Shown: positions 40,244-50,325, numbered from the stretch's first letter. The stretch: DNA of 64,000 nt from Candidatus Omnitrophota bacterium (GCA_041653035.1 JBAZGE010000002.1:17451-81450), one strand, 5' to 3'. Numbers and translations: made by a program. Notes: a model not told the origin generated them from the letters alone.

Positions 40244-42541
40244 ATGGGTCTAAGACTTTCCGCGAATTCAATGAAAGTTCTGGAAAGAAGGTATCTAAAG
40301 AAAGACAACGCCGGCACAGTGACCGAGACTGCGGAAGATATGTTCCACAGAGTAGCGCGCGCGATAGCCCAGGCGGACAAGCAGTTCGGTAAGACCGAAA
40401 AAGATATCTGCAAGGTTGAGGAAGCATTTTACCGGATCATGACCTCGTTGGAATTCCTTCCTAATTCTCCGTGCCTGATGAACGCCGGCCGGGAACTCGG
40501 GCAGTTAAGCGCCTGCTTTACCCTTCCCATCAATGATTCCATGGATTCTATTTTCGAGACCCTGAAAGCCACCGCTATGATCCATAAATCCGGCGGCGGC
40601 ACCGGTTTTTCTTTCTCGCGCATTCGTCCGAAGAATTCGGTGGTGAAGACCACCGGCGGCATCGCCTCCGGGCCCGTATCTTTCATGAAAGTTTATGACG
40701 CGGCCACCGAAGCGGTCAAACAGGGCGGCACGCGGCGCGGCGCGAACATGGGTATCCTGCGCGTGGACCATCCCGATATACTGGAATTCATCGCCTGCAA
40801 AACCGACAATAAACAGATCACCAATTTTAATATCTCGGTCGCCATTACCGACGATTTCATGCGCAAACTTAAAGACAACAAAGAATACGACCTCGTCGAT
40901 CCCCGGACCAAAGAGATCGTCACCCGTCTTAATACCAAAGATGTTTTTGACGTGATCGTCAAACAGGCGTACAAGAACGGCGAGCCCGGCATCATTTTCA
41001 TAGACAAAGTCAACGCCGATAATCCCACCCCGCAGTTAGGGGATATTGAAAGCACGAACCCCTGCGGTGAACAGCCTCTTTTGCCCTATGAAAGCTGCGA
41101 CCTTGGATCTATCAATTTGGCGAGAATGTACAAGCAGACTGCTGCCGGTTTCGAGATCGACTGGGAAAAACTTCGGGAAGTGATCCGGCTGGCCGTGCAT
41201 TTCCTGGATAACCTCATCGACGTGAGCAAATTCCCCCTTTCTGAAATAGAGAATGCCACTAAGGTTACCCGTAAGATCGGCCTGGGAGTGATGGGGTGGG
41301 CGAGCCTGCTCATCGGGATGCAAATTCCCTATAACAGCGAAGAGGCGATACAACTGGCGGATAAAGTCATGGCTTTTATCCTTGAAGAGTCGACTAAAAA
41401 ATCGCGTGAGCTGGCCGCGGAAAAAGGCGTATTCCCTTCATATAAAGGGAGCAGGCTGGAAAAACAGGGACAGCGGTTGAGGAACGCCACCCTGACTACC
41501 ATCGCGCCCACCGGCACCATCAGCATTATCGCCGGCCCCTGTTCGTCGGGAATCGAGCCTATATTCGCCGTTTCCTATTACCGCAACGTCATGGATAACG
41601 ATAAGCTCGTTGAAGTCGATCCTCAATTTGAAGAAACCGCCCGCCGGCGCGGATTTTACAGCAGGCAGTTGATGGAGAAGATCGCGGAGAACAGTTCTCT
41701 GCAAAAAATAGAAGGCATCCCGGAGGACGTGAAACGGGTCTTTGTCACTGCCCATGATATCAGCCCGGAATGGCACGTGCGTATGCAGGCGGTGTTCCAG
41801 AAGTACACCCATAACGCGGTGAGTAAAACCATTAATTTCCCGCACGAAGCGACCATCGAGGATGTGCGTAAGTCCTACATCCTGGCTTATGATTCCGGCT
41901 GTAAAGGCATCACTATCTACCGTGACGGCAGCAGGGAAGAGCAGGTGCTTAATATCGCCGGTAATAAACCGAGAGAGGACAAAAAATCCCCGGAATCGGC
42001 AAAAGAAATAGCTCCCCGGCCCCGGCCGGAAGTTATCTCCGGCACCACTACTAAAGTACCCACCGGTTGCGGGAATTTATACGTGACCATCAATATCGAC
42101 GCTGAAAACAGGCCTTTCGAACTTTTCACCCAGATGGGAAAAGCCGGCGGCTGCGCCGCTTCACAGCTGGAGGCTATCGGCAGGCTGGTTTCCATGGCAG
42201 TTCGTTCCGGCATTGAAGTCAAAGCCATCATCGAGCAGCTGCGTAATATCCGCTGCCCTTCGCCTTCCTGGGAAAAGGGCCAGCGTATCTTTTCCTGCGC
42301 CGACGCCATCGCCCGGGTTATTGAAAAACGGCTGGTTAATAACCAACCGCAGACGGTTCATCATTCGGCTCCCGCGGAAAGCGTAGATGTTCCCATGAAG
42401 CATTCCCGCAGTGAAGACGTATCTTCCTCTTACAGCGGAGCGCGCGGAGACATCGTGGGAGTCTGCCCTGATTGCGGCGGCGCCCTTCGCCACGAAGAAG
42501 GGTGTATGAAGTGTCATGCCTGCGGTTTTTCCCGATGTTAG
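40244..42541 (+). CDS. nrdJ: Class II adenosylcobalamin-dependent ribonucleotide reductase
   Basis: FLPNSPCLMNAGRELGQLSACF, thiyl-radical loop region TNPCGEQPL, and C-terminal zinc ribbon CPDCGG...CMKCHACG. Confidence 0.9.
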   Translation: MGLRLSANSMKVLERRYLKKDNAGTVTETAEDMFHRVARAIAQADKQFGKTEKDICKVEEAFYRIMTSLEFLPNSPCLMNAGRELGQLSACFTLPINDSMDSIFETLKATAMIHKSGGGTGFSFSRIRPKNSVVKTTGGIASGPVSFMKVYDAATEAVKQGGTRRGANMGILRVDHPDILEFIACKTDNKQITNFNISVAITDDFMRKLKDNKEYDLVDPRTKEIVTRLNTKDVFDVIVKQAYKNGEPGIIFIDKVNADNPTPQLGDIESTNPCGEQPLLPYESCDLGSINLARMYKQTAAGFEIDWEKLREVIRLAVHFLDNLIDVSKFPLSEIENATKVTRKIGLGVMGWASLLIGMQIPYNSEEAIQLADKVMAFILEESTKKSRELAAEKGVFPSYKGSRLEKQGQRLRNATLTTIAPTGTISIIAGPCSSGIEPIFAVSYYRNVMDNDKLVEVDPQFEETARRRGFYSRQLMEKIAENSSLQKIEGIPEDVKRVFVTAHDISPEWHVRMQAVFQKYTHNAVSKTINFPHEATIEDVRKSYILAYDSGCKGITIYRDGSREEQVLNIAGNKPREDKKSPESAKEIAPRPRPEVISGTTTKVPTGCGNLYVTINIDAENRPFELFTQMGKAGGCAASQLEAIGRLVSMAVRSGIEVKAIIEQLRNIRCPSPSWEKGQRIFSCADAIARVIEKRLVNNQPQTVHHSAPAESVDVPMKHSRSEDVSSSYSGARGDIVGVCPDCGGALRHEEGCMKCHACGFSRC

Positions 42542-42550
42542 CAGTTTGCT

Positions 42551-42662
42551 GAAAAAACCGCATCTGCTTCGTTGCTGCGCTGCGCTCCGTTGTGCGGCGT
42601 ATAAATATCATACGCCTCCGCCGTCGCTTGCGCGCGCCTCGCATCTGCAGCTTTTTGAGCAA
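42551..42662. repeat. Intergenic repeated element, copy 2 (about 112 bp), between nrdJ and apgM
   Basis: Contains the three conserved blocks of 36033-36232 without its inserts, ending ...GCATCTGCAGCTTTTTGAGC. Confidence 0.75.
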
Positions 42663-42691
42663 ACTGTAAGTTACTTTTGACGATACCAATT

Positions 42692-43978
42692 ATGAAAAAA
42701 ATAGTCTATATCGTACTTGACGGCCTTGGCGACGCGCCGATTAAGGAACTGGATAACAAGACTCCCTTAGAGGCCGCCTATACGCCGAATATGGACGCTC
42801 TTGCCCGTAAAGGCAGTACCGGCCTGCTGTATCCGGTGGCAAAAAATATCGCTCCGGAATCAGATGTGGCTGTGCTGGCCTTATTGGGTTATGATGCTCA
42901 GCAATATTATACCGGTAGAGGCCCGATTGAAGCTTTTGCCGAAGGCCTGAGCATCGATGCCGGCAGCCTCGCCTTGCGTTTCAATTTCGCGACCGTCGAA
43001 CCCGACGGGAAAACGATCAAAGACCGGCGGGTTGGCAGAGATTTGACCGGGGAAGAAGCGGCTGCCCTGGTAAAAGAGGTCAATGTTAAAGTAACGCTTT
43101 CCAGCGCCACCTTTGAGTTAAAAAGCACCGTCGGCCACCGCGGGGTGCTTCTTCTCAAAGGTATGCATTCCCGCCTTTCCAGTTGGATAACCAATACCGA
43201 CCCCGCCTATGCGCGGCTGGGGTTGTGGGGCTTGGCCAAAGAATCCTTTACCAGCGTTGTGGAAGAATCCATTCCCATGCCGGGGTATGAGCAATCCATA
43301 CCGGTCAAAGAGACCGCTGTCGTAATCAACGAGTTCACCCAAAAAGCGCAGAAAGTCTTAAACGAATCCGGGGTCAACAGGAAACGGATAGCCGAAGATA
43401 AACTGCCGGCGAATATACTGCTGGTGCGTGACGCCGGGCGGGACCTTCCCGATTGCCCTACCCTGGAAAGTAAATATAACGTTAAATTCGGCTGTTTCGT
43501 GGATATGCCGGTTGAAAAAGGCATCGCTCTGTTGACGGGCATGGATATTATCGAAGTACCCTCCGCGACCGGGCATCTGGAGGTGGATTATTCTATCCGC
43601 GCCAAGATCGTCTGTGAATCGGTCAAAAGTTACGACGGCATTTACGTTCATATCAAAGGTCTTGATGAACCCGGCCACGACGGAGATTTTCAGAAAAAAA
43701 AAGAGATGATCGAAATGATAGACCGGTATTTTTTCTCCAATCTCATTTCCTCTATATCGCTGGATGACCATATTATCTGTGTCACCGCCGATCATGCCAC
43801 GGTTTGTTCTAAAAAGGCGCATTCCGTGGAAGCCGTCCCGCTGTTTATTGCCGGCGGCGCCGTAAAACCCGACGGCACCCGTTCTTTTTCCGAGAAAGCC
43901 GCTAAACGCGGATCCCTCGGCGAACTTACCGGCATCGGCCTTCTTCCCTTGCTTATATCTTTCGCTAAAAACCAATAA
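42692..43978 (+). CDS. apgM: 2,3-bisphosphoglycerate-independent phosphoglycerate mutase, archaeal type (ApgM)
   Basis: MKKIVYIVLDGLGDAPIKELDNKTPLEAAYTPNMD is the characteristic ApgM N-terminus; metalloenzyme core present. Confidence 0.8.
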   Translation: MKKIVYIVLDGLGDAPIKELDNKTPLEAAYTPNMDALARKGSTGLLYPVAKNIAPESDVAVLALLGYDAQQYYTGRGPIEAFAEGLSIDAGSLALRFNFATVEPDGKTIKDRRVGRDLTGEEAAALVKEVNVKVTLSSATFELKSTVGHRGVLLLKGMHSRLSSWITNTDPAYARLGLWGLAKESFTSVVEESIPMPGYEQSIPVKETAVVINEFTQKAQKVLNESGVNRKRIAEDKLPANILLVRDAGRDLPDCPTLESKYNVKFGCFVDMPVEKGIALLTGMDIIEVPSATGHLEVDYSIRAKIVCESVKSYDGIYVHIKGLDEPGHDGDFQKKKEMIEMIDRYFFSNLISSISLDDHIICVTADHATVCSKKAHSVEAVPLFIAGGAVKPDGTRSFSEKAAKRGSLGELTGIGLLPLLISFAKNQ

Positions 43979-44128
43979 CTCCAAGTCTGCAAAGCTGTAC
44001 CCCGGCCAGGGGAGGCCGGGTGCAGAGTTGATCGGGAATCTGTCCCCTTAGGCACCCGCTTATAGTTTTTGCATAAATGCCGGCGTGAGGGTATAATTGA
44101 TGTATTGTGCAAAAGGAGCTCAATAACC

Positions 44129-46030
44129 ATGAAAGATTTTGAAGTCATCGTGATCGGAGCCGGGCATGCCGGCATAGAAGCGGCGCTTGCTTCAGCCAGA
44201 ATGGGCCGGCGCACACTCATGATGGTCATCAACGCGGATACCATCGGCGCGATGAGTTGTAACCCGGCCATCGGCGGAGTAGGCAAAGGGCAGTTAGTCA
44301 AAGAGATCGATGCCCTTGGCGGGCAGATGGGGATAGCCGTGGATGTCTGCGGGATCCAATTCAGGATCCTCAACGCTTCCAAAGGCGAAGCAGTACAATC
44401 CTCGCGCGCGCAGATAGATAAATACCGGTATACCGCATATATGAAAAAGACGGTCAGATCCCAGGATAACCTTTTTCTGAAAGAAGGGACCGTTATCCGT
44501 CTTTGTGTCGAAAATAAGCAAATACGCGGCGTCATCACCGGCACGGGAGACCGGATCAATGCCCGGTGCGTGGTGCTGTGCCCGGGAACTTTTCTCGACG
44601 GTATCATACATGTCGGATTGAAACATTTTTCCGGCGGCAGGATTGGAGAGCCGGCATCCGTGGATCTGGCGCGCGGCCTCAAAGAACTCGGGTTTACCCT
44701 TCTGCGTTTCAAAACCGGCACCTGCCCGCGTTTAAACAAAAAGACCATAGATTTTTCAAAATGTATCGCCCAAAACGGGGACGAACCGCCGCACCCATTT
44801 TCTTTTTCCACCACAAAACTTAAGCTGAAGCAAGTGCCGTGTTATATCACGCATACCAACGAAACCACCCACGCCGTCATCCGCGCGAATTTGGATAAAT
44901 CCCCCCTGTACGCAGGCGTTATAAAAGCCGCCGGCGTGCGTTACTGTCCTTCCATAGAGGATAAGATCGTAAAATTCGCCGACCGGACGCGGCATCAGAT
45001 ATTCCTGGAACCGGAGGGATTGGATACCGACGAGATATACCCGAACGGACTGTCTACCAGCTTTCCCGAGGAAGTACAGGACAAGATTCTGCATTCTATT
45101 GCCGGGCTTGAAAAAGCAAAAGTGGTCCGCTACGGCTACGGCATCGAGCATACCGTGTCTGAACCCACGCAATTATTCCCGACCCTGGAAACAAAGAGCA
45201 TCAAGAGCCTTTTTTTCGCCGGCCAGATCAACGGCACAACCGGCTACGAGGAAGCGGCCGCGCAGGGCCTTGTCGCCGGCATAAACGCCGCCCTGTTTTG
45301 TACAGGTAAAGAACCGTTTATTCCAGACCGCTCAACCAGTTACATCGGGGTCCTTATCGATGACCTGGTGACTAAAGGCACCGCCGAACCCTATCGCATG
45401 TTCACCTCGCGCGTCGAGTATCGTCTCATCCTCCGCGAAGATAACGCGGATATACGCCTGCGTGAAACCGGCCATCATCTGGGACTGATCTCCAAGCGCG
45501 AGTATCAGAAAACGGAAAAAAAGAAACAAGGGATTAAAGACGGAATCATTCTTTCTCGCGCGCGCCGCCTGAAACCGTCCGCGGCATTGAACAAAGAACT
45601 CGAACGTTTAAACACCGCGCCCCTGCGCAAAACCGTCACTCTTGAAGAACTGCTCAAAAGGCCGCAGATAGCCTGGAAAGAACTAATCACCCTGTGTAAA
45701 CGCGCAAAAGAAAACCTCGGCATCGCGCGCATTCCGGAAACTGTTGCCAAACAGATAGAAATTGAGGTAAAATATAGCGGATTCATCGAACGCCAGCAGA
45801 AAGAAGTAGAGCGGTTCAAAAACCTGGAAAAAATAAAGATACCCGCGGATATCGATTATGCCGCCCTTTCAGGCCTTTCCCGCGAGATACGGGAAAAACT
45901 GAACAGGATCAAGCCGCTCACCCTGGGCCAGGCTTCACGCGTCTCCGGCGTAACCCCCGCAGCCATCTCCCTGCTGATGGTTTACCTGAGAAAACTGCAC
46001 CCCGGCCCGCCCGTTCGTTCAGTCGTTTAA
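44129..46030 (+). CDS. mnmG: tRNA uridine-5-carboxymethylaminomethyl modification enzyme MnmG/GidA
   Basis: FAD-binding MKDFEVIVIGAGHAGIEAALASARMG and MnmG body including the conserved C-terminal region. Confidence 0.95.
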   Translation: MKDFEVIVIGAGHAGIEAALASARMGRRTLMMVINADTIGAMSCNPAIGGVGKGQLVKEIDALGGQMGIAVDVCGIQFRILNASKGEAVQSSRAQIDKYRYTAYMKKTVRSQDNLFLKEGTVIRLCVENKQIRGVITGTGDRINARCVVLCPGTFLDGIIHVGLKHFSGGRIGEPASVDLARGLKELGFTLLRFKTGTCPRLNKKTIDFSKCIAQNGDEPPHPFSFSTTKLKLKQVPCYITHTNETTHAVIRANLDKSPLYAGVIKAAGVRYCPSIEDKIVKFADRTRHQIFLEPEGLDTDEIYPNGLSTSFPEEVQDKILHSIAGLEKAKVVRYGYGIEHTVSEPTQLFPTLETKSIKSLFFAGQINGTTGYEEAAAQGLVAGINAALFCTGKEPFIPDRSTSYIGVLIDDLVTKGTAEPYRMFTSRVEYRLILREDNADIRLRETGHHLGLISKREYQKTEKKKQGIKDGIILSRARRLKPSAALNKELERLNTAPLRKTVTLEELLKRPQIAWKELITLCKRAKENLGIARIPETVAKQIEIEVKYSGFIERQQKEVERFKNLEKIKIPADIDYAALSGLSREIREKLNRIKPLTLGQASRVSGVTPAAISLLMVYLRKLHPGPPVRSVV

Positions 46031-46149
46031 CCCTGGCCAGGGCAGGCCAGGTACAGACCTAAAGCTGTACCAGGTACCGTCCCAAAGCTGCACCTGTCCC
46101 CGGCAGGGAATTTTACGAGACGGGGAGAGACATTAATAAGGAAGCGATA

Positions 46150-46824
46150 ATGGACAAGAAAAATAATTATCTTCAACTGAAAAGATTCTGCTTCCGGCAG
46201 GGAGTCGATCTATTCGGCGTGGCGGATATAACAAAAGAGAAAGGCGATATAAAACTCAATCCTCAGATCCTGGATAAAGTTGATCAGGCTGTTTGCCTGG
46301 GCATACGATTGTCGGCTGGGATCCTGGGGGAACTGGAACAGGCGCCTACCCGTTTGTACTTTCACCACTACCGGGCCCTCAACGGCTTACTTGACCAGAC
46401 CGCCATCAAAGTCTCTAACTTTATACAGAATAAAGGCTTTTGCGCCATTCCCATTCCCGCTTCCCAGATCGTGGATTGGCAGAAACAGACTGCGCATCTC
46501 TCCCATAAAAAGATCGGGTTATTGGCCGGCCTCGGCTGGATCGGCAGGAATAATCTCCTGGTGAATAAGAGACTGGGGGCACAGTTCCGGCTTATTACCA
46601 TACTTACCGATATGCCATTGAAAACCGATAAGCCGTCAAAAGGTAACTGCGGCGATTGCGTTTTGTGCGCCGCGGTCTGCCCGGCGAAAGCCATTCATAA
46701 AGACCCCGCGCAGTTTGGCCACATCGCTTGTTTCGAAAAATTAAAAGAATTTCAGAAGCAGCATCTCGTCGAACAATATATCTGCGGAGTATGTATCAAT
46801 GTCTGCAAAGGCAAAATTCCCTAA
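46150..46824 (+). CDS. Short QueG-related (epoxyqueuosine-reductase-like) 4Fe-4S protein
   Basis: AGLGWIGRNNLLVN....F.LITILTDMPL..D.P....CGDCVLCAAVCPAKAI matches the QueG core motif, but the protein is only 224 aa against about 380 aa for QueG. Confidence 0.5.
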   Translation: MDKKNNYLQLKRFCFRQGVDLFGVADITKEKGDIKLNPQILDKVDQAVCLGIRLSAGILGELEQAPTRLYFHHYRALNGLLDQTAIKVSNFIQNKGFCAIPIPASQIVDWQKQTAHLSHKKIGLLAGLGWIGRNNLLVNKRLGAQFRLITILTDMPLKTDKPSKGNCGDCVLCAAVCPAKAIHKDPAQFGHIACFEKLKEFQKQHLVEQYICGVCINVCKGKIP

Positions 46825-47950
46825 AAAGATCATAGTCAGCCTCTCTGTTATTTTTCTTCTTGCCGCCGCCGGTGCCCTTGTATTCAAGCCTCTGATCATC
46901 TCGGCGGCAGGCGCCCAGCTGCGCCGGACATTCCCGGACAGCGTTGTTTCTATCGGCGGCTGTGTGGTAAAGCCGGATTCGTTTTCTTTGATCGATCTAA
47001 AGGTTATTAATAAAGAAGCATACGACCTTACCGTTAAAGAAGCCGCGGCGCGTTTTTCATTCCTTTCCCTCTTCAGGGGAAAGATCGCGAATGTCGAAGC
47101 GCGCGGAATAAGCATCAATATCCACGCCCCGCACAAGAGAGCGTCCGACCTTCAGCGCCTGGTCAGTCTTTCTTCCGGGAAAAGCCTGTTTTCCATCGGG
47201 AGCGTCCTATTGAGTGAAGTGGATACTCGCGTTGCAACAAAAGAAGTAGAAGCGAAAGCCCTTTTTTCTATCGAATTTAACCTTTTGGCGCGGACCGTGT
47301 CCGCGCTTGACCTGCGGATCGATTCATTCAGGGGGTATAATCTGGAGGTGTCTGGAGCGGAGCTTTCGGTGAGAGAAAAAGCTGAAAATGGGCGGTTGAC
47401 TGTACAGAAAATATGTTATAATAAACTTGCGATCACTGATATCGAGAGCGCCGTATCCCTGAAAAAAGAGATCCTTTCTCTGGACCGCTTGACAGCCCGT
47501 TCCCTGGGCGGGGATATCAGTGCAGATGTAAAACTGCGGCTTGATAAAAGCCCGGATTACCTGGTGAACATGAGTGTCAGGGAGATATCTCTTGACCGGG
47601 TGACCGGTGATTTGGAGCTGAAGAGCCGGGTGCGGATGAGCGGCACGCTGGGAGGAGAGATCGGCCTGCGCGGACAGGGGCAGGTTATCAGTTTTCTGAA
47701 CGCCGATTCTTCGGTTGTTGCCCCCGGCGGAACCCTGATCATCACCGACGCCGGATTCCTGGACGCCATCGCCAAAGGCTCAGGGCAGTATTTGGAAACG
47801 GTGACCGAAAGTTTCAAGGATTACCGTTATGCCGAGGGAAAAGCGCGCGTGTATAAAGAAGGTGAAGATTACGTTTTGGAAGTTTTCCTCGATGGAGAAC
47901 AGGGAAAACGTGATTTTAAGATAACCGTCGGTTTTAAATCAGGAGAGTGA
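46799..47950 (+). CDS. N-terminally anchored AsmA/YdbH-like protein, compact (383 aa)
   Basis: Single N-terminal TM, beta-rich repetitive body. Assignment rests mostly on the adjacent YnbE/YdbL-like gene. Confidence 0.35.
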   Translation: MSAKAKFPKKIIVSLSVIFLLAAAGALVFKPLIISAAGAQLRRTFPDSVVSIGGCVVKPDSFSLIDLKVINKEAYDLTVKEAAARFSFLSLFRGKIANVEARGISINIHAPHKRASDLQRLVSLSSGKSLFSIGSVLLSEVDTRVATKEVEAKALFSIEFNLLARTVSALDLRIDSFRGYNLEVSGAELSVREKAENGRLTVQKICYNKLAITDIESAVSLKKEILSLDRLTARSLGGDISADVKLRLDKSPDYLVNMSVREISLDRVTGDLELKSRVRMSGTLGGEIGLRGQGQVISFLNADSSVVAPGGTLIITDAGFLDAIAKGSGQYLETVTESFKDYRYAEGKARVYKEGEDYVLEVFLDGEQGKRDFKITVGFKSGE

Positions 47951-47954
47951 AGCC

Positions 47955-48548
47955 ATGAAAAGAATTGCAGCGGTTCTTATGATAGGCACGGTTTTATTCT
48001 TGGGTTGTGCCCGGGTTAAAGTGGGCGGGACCAAAGATCCCATCAAGGTGGATATGAATGTCACCATGCGGGTGGATGTCTATCAGCACGTGGAAAAAGA
48101 TTTGAGCGATATCGATAGTATCGTGTATGGCAATAAGCCGGCCCAGCCCGCACAGAAAGATGGCCAACACAGCCTGCTTGGATTGTTGGTTCCTGAAGCG
48201 TATGCCCAGCAGGGGTTAGGCAAGGAAGTTGAAGATGCTGCCTTGCGAAGAAGGGACCGTCTCTCGGCGTTATTCGCCCTGCAGGGGCAGGGTATCGCGG
48301 GAGAGACCCGGTCGGGTTTGGTTGAAATACGCGCTGCGGATAAAGCCGACAGCAGAACGCAGGAGTTGGTTAATGCCGAGAACGCCGACCGCATGGTGAT
48401 CTATCGGGCAGTAGCCGTTAAAAACGGAATCAGCGTGGAAGAAGTGCAAAAACAATATGCCAAACGCACTCAGCAGGAAGCTCCGCCGGGGGCTCCCCTG
48501 GAAGTTTTAAATCAGTCGTCCAACACTTACGAATGGAAAATTAAATAA
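47955..48548 (+). CDS. YnbE-like lipoprotein fused to YdbL-like (DUF1318) domain
   Basis: Lipobox LFLGCA followed by DPIKVDMNVTMRV, which resembles the YnbE EPIxIxMNV motif. C-terminal DUF1318 signatures: LVEI....LV.AENADRMVIYRAVAVKNGISVEEVQKQYAKR and terminal W-K. Confidence 0.55.
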   Translation: MKRIAAVLMIGTVLFLGCARVKVGGTKDPIKVDMNVTMRVDVYQHVEKDLSDIDSIVYGNKPAQPAQKDGQHSLLGLLVPEAYAQQGLGKEVEDAALRRRDRLSALFALQGQGIAGETRSGLVEIRAADKADSRTQELVNAENADRMVIYRAVAVKNGISVEEVQKQYAKRTQQEAPPGAPLEVLNQSSNTYEWKIK

Positions 48549-48549
48549 T

Positions 48550-49539
48550 ATGCATCTGTTTTTTGTCGGGATCACTGTTTTAATGGGCCTTGCCGTCGGC
48601 TGGTCTATCGGCGCCAACGACGCCGCCAATTCTTTAGGCCCTGCCGTTGGATCGCGGGTTTTAAATCTTAAACAGGCGATTATTCTGATTTGCATATTCG
48701 GTTTCCTGGGCGCGTATTTGCAGGGTTGTTATGTTACCCGGACCATAGGAACGGGGATCGTTCCCATACATCAATTGCCGAGGGATATGGCTATGTATCT
48801 GGCGCTGGTAACCTGTTTCGGCGCCTGCGCCTGGGTGGTTTTGGCAACTTACTGGAAAATGCCGATTTCTACCAGTCATTCTATCGTCGGCGCGGTTGCC
48901 GGATCGGGGGTGGCTATCGGCGCTCCGGTACAATGGCGTTGTCTCCTTGATATCTTCATCTGTTGGATATTCACGCCTTTGGGCGCGGCGGTATTAGGGT
49001 ATATATTTTTCCGGATCTTTAAAAATATACTGCCCAGGATCATTCCCCGGAAATATTTAAGATCCGTTGTCGCTTTCCTGATCGTTGTCAGCGGCTGTTA
49101 CGTGGCTTATACCTGGGGTGCCAATGACGTGGCCAATGGCACCGGTGTTATCGTTGGCGCGGATATTATCGACGCCAGAATTGCGGTTATGATCGGAGGA
49201 CTGGCTATCGTGGCCGGCATACTCACGTGGGGATATAAAGTCATTGAGACCATCGGCTCCGAAATAACCAATCTTCTGCCGATTATGGCTTTTTCCGCGC
49301 AATTGGCCAGCGCTATTAACGTGCACATTTATACCGTATTCGGCATTCCGGTTTCTACCAGCCATTCCATCGTCGGCGCTATTTTCGGGGTGGGATTGGT
49401 GAGAGGATTGCGGGTTTTGAACATAAAGATCATGAGGGAAATAGTCGTCTGCTGGTTAGCCACACCATTTGTATCCGGGCTTATCAGCTTTGCGGTATTT
49501 AAGTTTATCCTGGTTTTTTTATGGTATAGGAAAGTATAA
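48550..49539 (+). CDS. Inorganic phosphate transporter, PiT family
   Basis: GANDAANSLGPAVGS and the repeated GANDVANGTG signature. Confidence 0.9.
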   Translation: MHLFFVGITVLMGLAVGWSIGANDAANSLGPAVGSRVLNLKQAIILICIFGFLGAYLQGCYVTRTIGTGIVPIHQLPRDMAMYLALVTCFGACAWVVLATYWKMPISTSHSIVGAVAGSGVAIGAPVQWRCLLDIFICWIFTPLGAAVLGYIFFRIFKNILPRIIPRKYLRSVVAFLIVVSGCYVAYTWGANDVANGTGVIVGADIIDARIAVMIGGLAIVAGILTWGYKVIETIGSEITNLLPIMAFSAQLASAINVHIYTVFGIPVSTSHSIVGAIFGVGLVRGLRVLNIKIMREIVVCWLATPFVSGLISFAVFKFILVFLWYRKV

Positions 49540-49656
49540 AACACTTTCCTAACCACTGAAAATCGCCGGCTGGTTTGCCTGCCGGCAAGGAAGTTATCGC
49601 TGAACGATTCGTGCGAAGCGATTTTCTTGAAAACGTAATTTTGCGCGGAGGGTGAA

Positions 49657-50325
49657 ATGAAAGAAATAAGGAATATCCTGGGATGGCTGGGGATGGAAGA
49701 AGAGAGGTCTATTCTGGAGGATGCCCGTAAACATGTCGATGAGACCTATAAGACTGTTACTTATTTTGGAGAAGCGGTCAAAGCTTTTATCTCCGGAGAC
49801 TTGAATACAAAAGCCAAAGCTATTGAAAATGTGAGAGAAAGCGAGCATCAGGCGGATATCCTGCGTTCGAAAATGGTCATCGAGTTATCCGAAAGCCTGC
49901 TTATGCCTCCGGACCGGGCGGACCTTATGCATTTTGTCACTACCTTGGACAAGATCGCCGATTGGACCAACGGTGCGGCGCGTCTCCTGGGTTTTATTGA
50001 ACAGAGACTGCCCGATAATGTCCTCAAGAATATTTCTACCGCCACCGAATTGATCGTATCCTCCATCTCCAAGCTTCAGGATGCTATCAAAGCGATCATA
50101 AAAAACGACCTCAAAAAAGCCATCGTCGATTGTGAAGAAGTGGCGCGCATCGAACATGACGCCGATGATCAGAAAAAGGCGCTCATCGAGGCTATCATTC
50201 ATACCAAGCTCGAACCGGTCAGCCTGCTTTTGACTTATCAGCTGGCTGAATACCTCGAAGGTGTAACCGATAAGATCGAGGCCGCCGCCGACTTCATCAA
50301 GATATTGGCCATTAAATCAAAATAA
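49657..50325 (+). CDS. DUF47/PhoU-like PiT-associated regulator
   Basis: All-helical, about 220 aa, immediately 3' of pit. YkaA/TIGR00153-like pattern. Confidence 0.7.
   Translation: MKEIRNILGWLGMEEERSILEDARKHVDETYKTVTYFGEAVKAFISGDLNTKAKAIENVRESEHQADILRSKMVIELSESLLMPPDRADLMHFVTTLDKIADWTNGAARLLGFIEQRLPDNVLKNISTATELIVSSISKLQDAIKAIIKNDLKKAIVDCEEVARIEHDADDQKKALIEAIIHTKLEPVSLLLTYQLAEYLEGVTDKIEAAADFIKILAIKSK

Noticed and set aside
43792-44814. 340-aa minus-strand ORF spanning the apgM 3' end and mnmG 5' end
   Set aside because: It overlaps two well-supported plus-strand genes and their intergenic hairpin, and has a Ser/Pro/Arg-rich antisense-type composition.
49560-49600. GCCGGC…GCCGGC hairpin after pit as a terminator
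   Set aside because: The stem is only 6-7 bp with no T-run, which is too weak to call.
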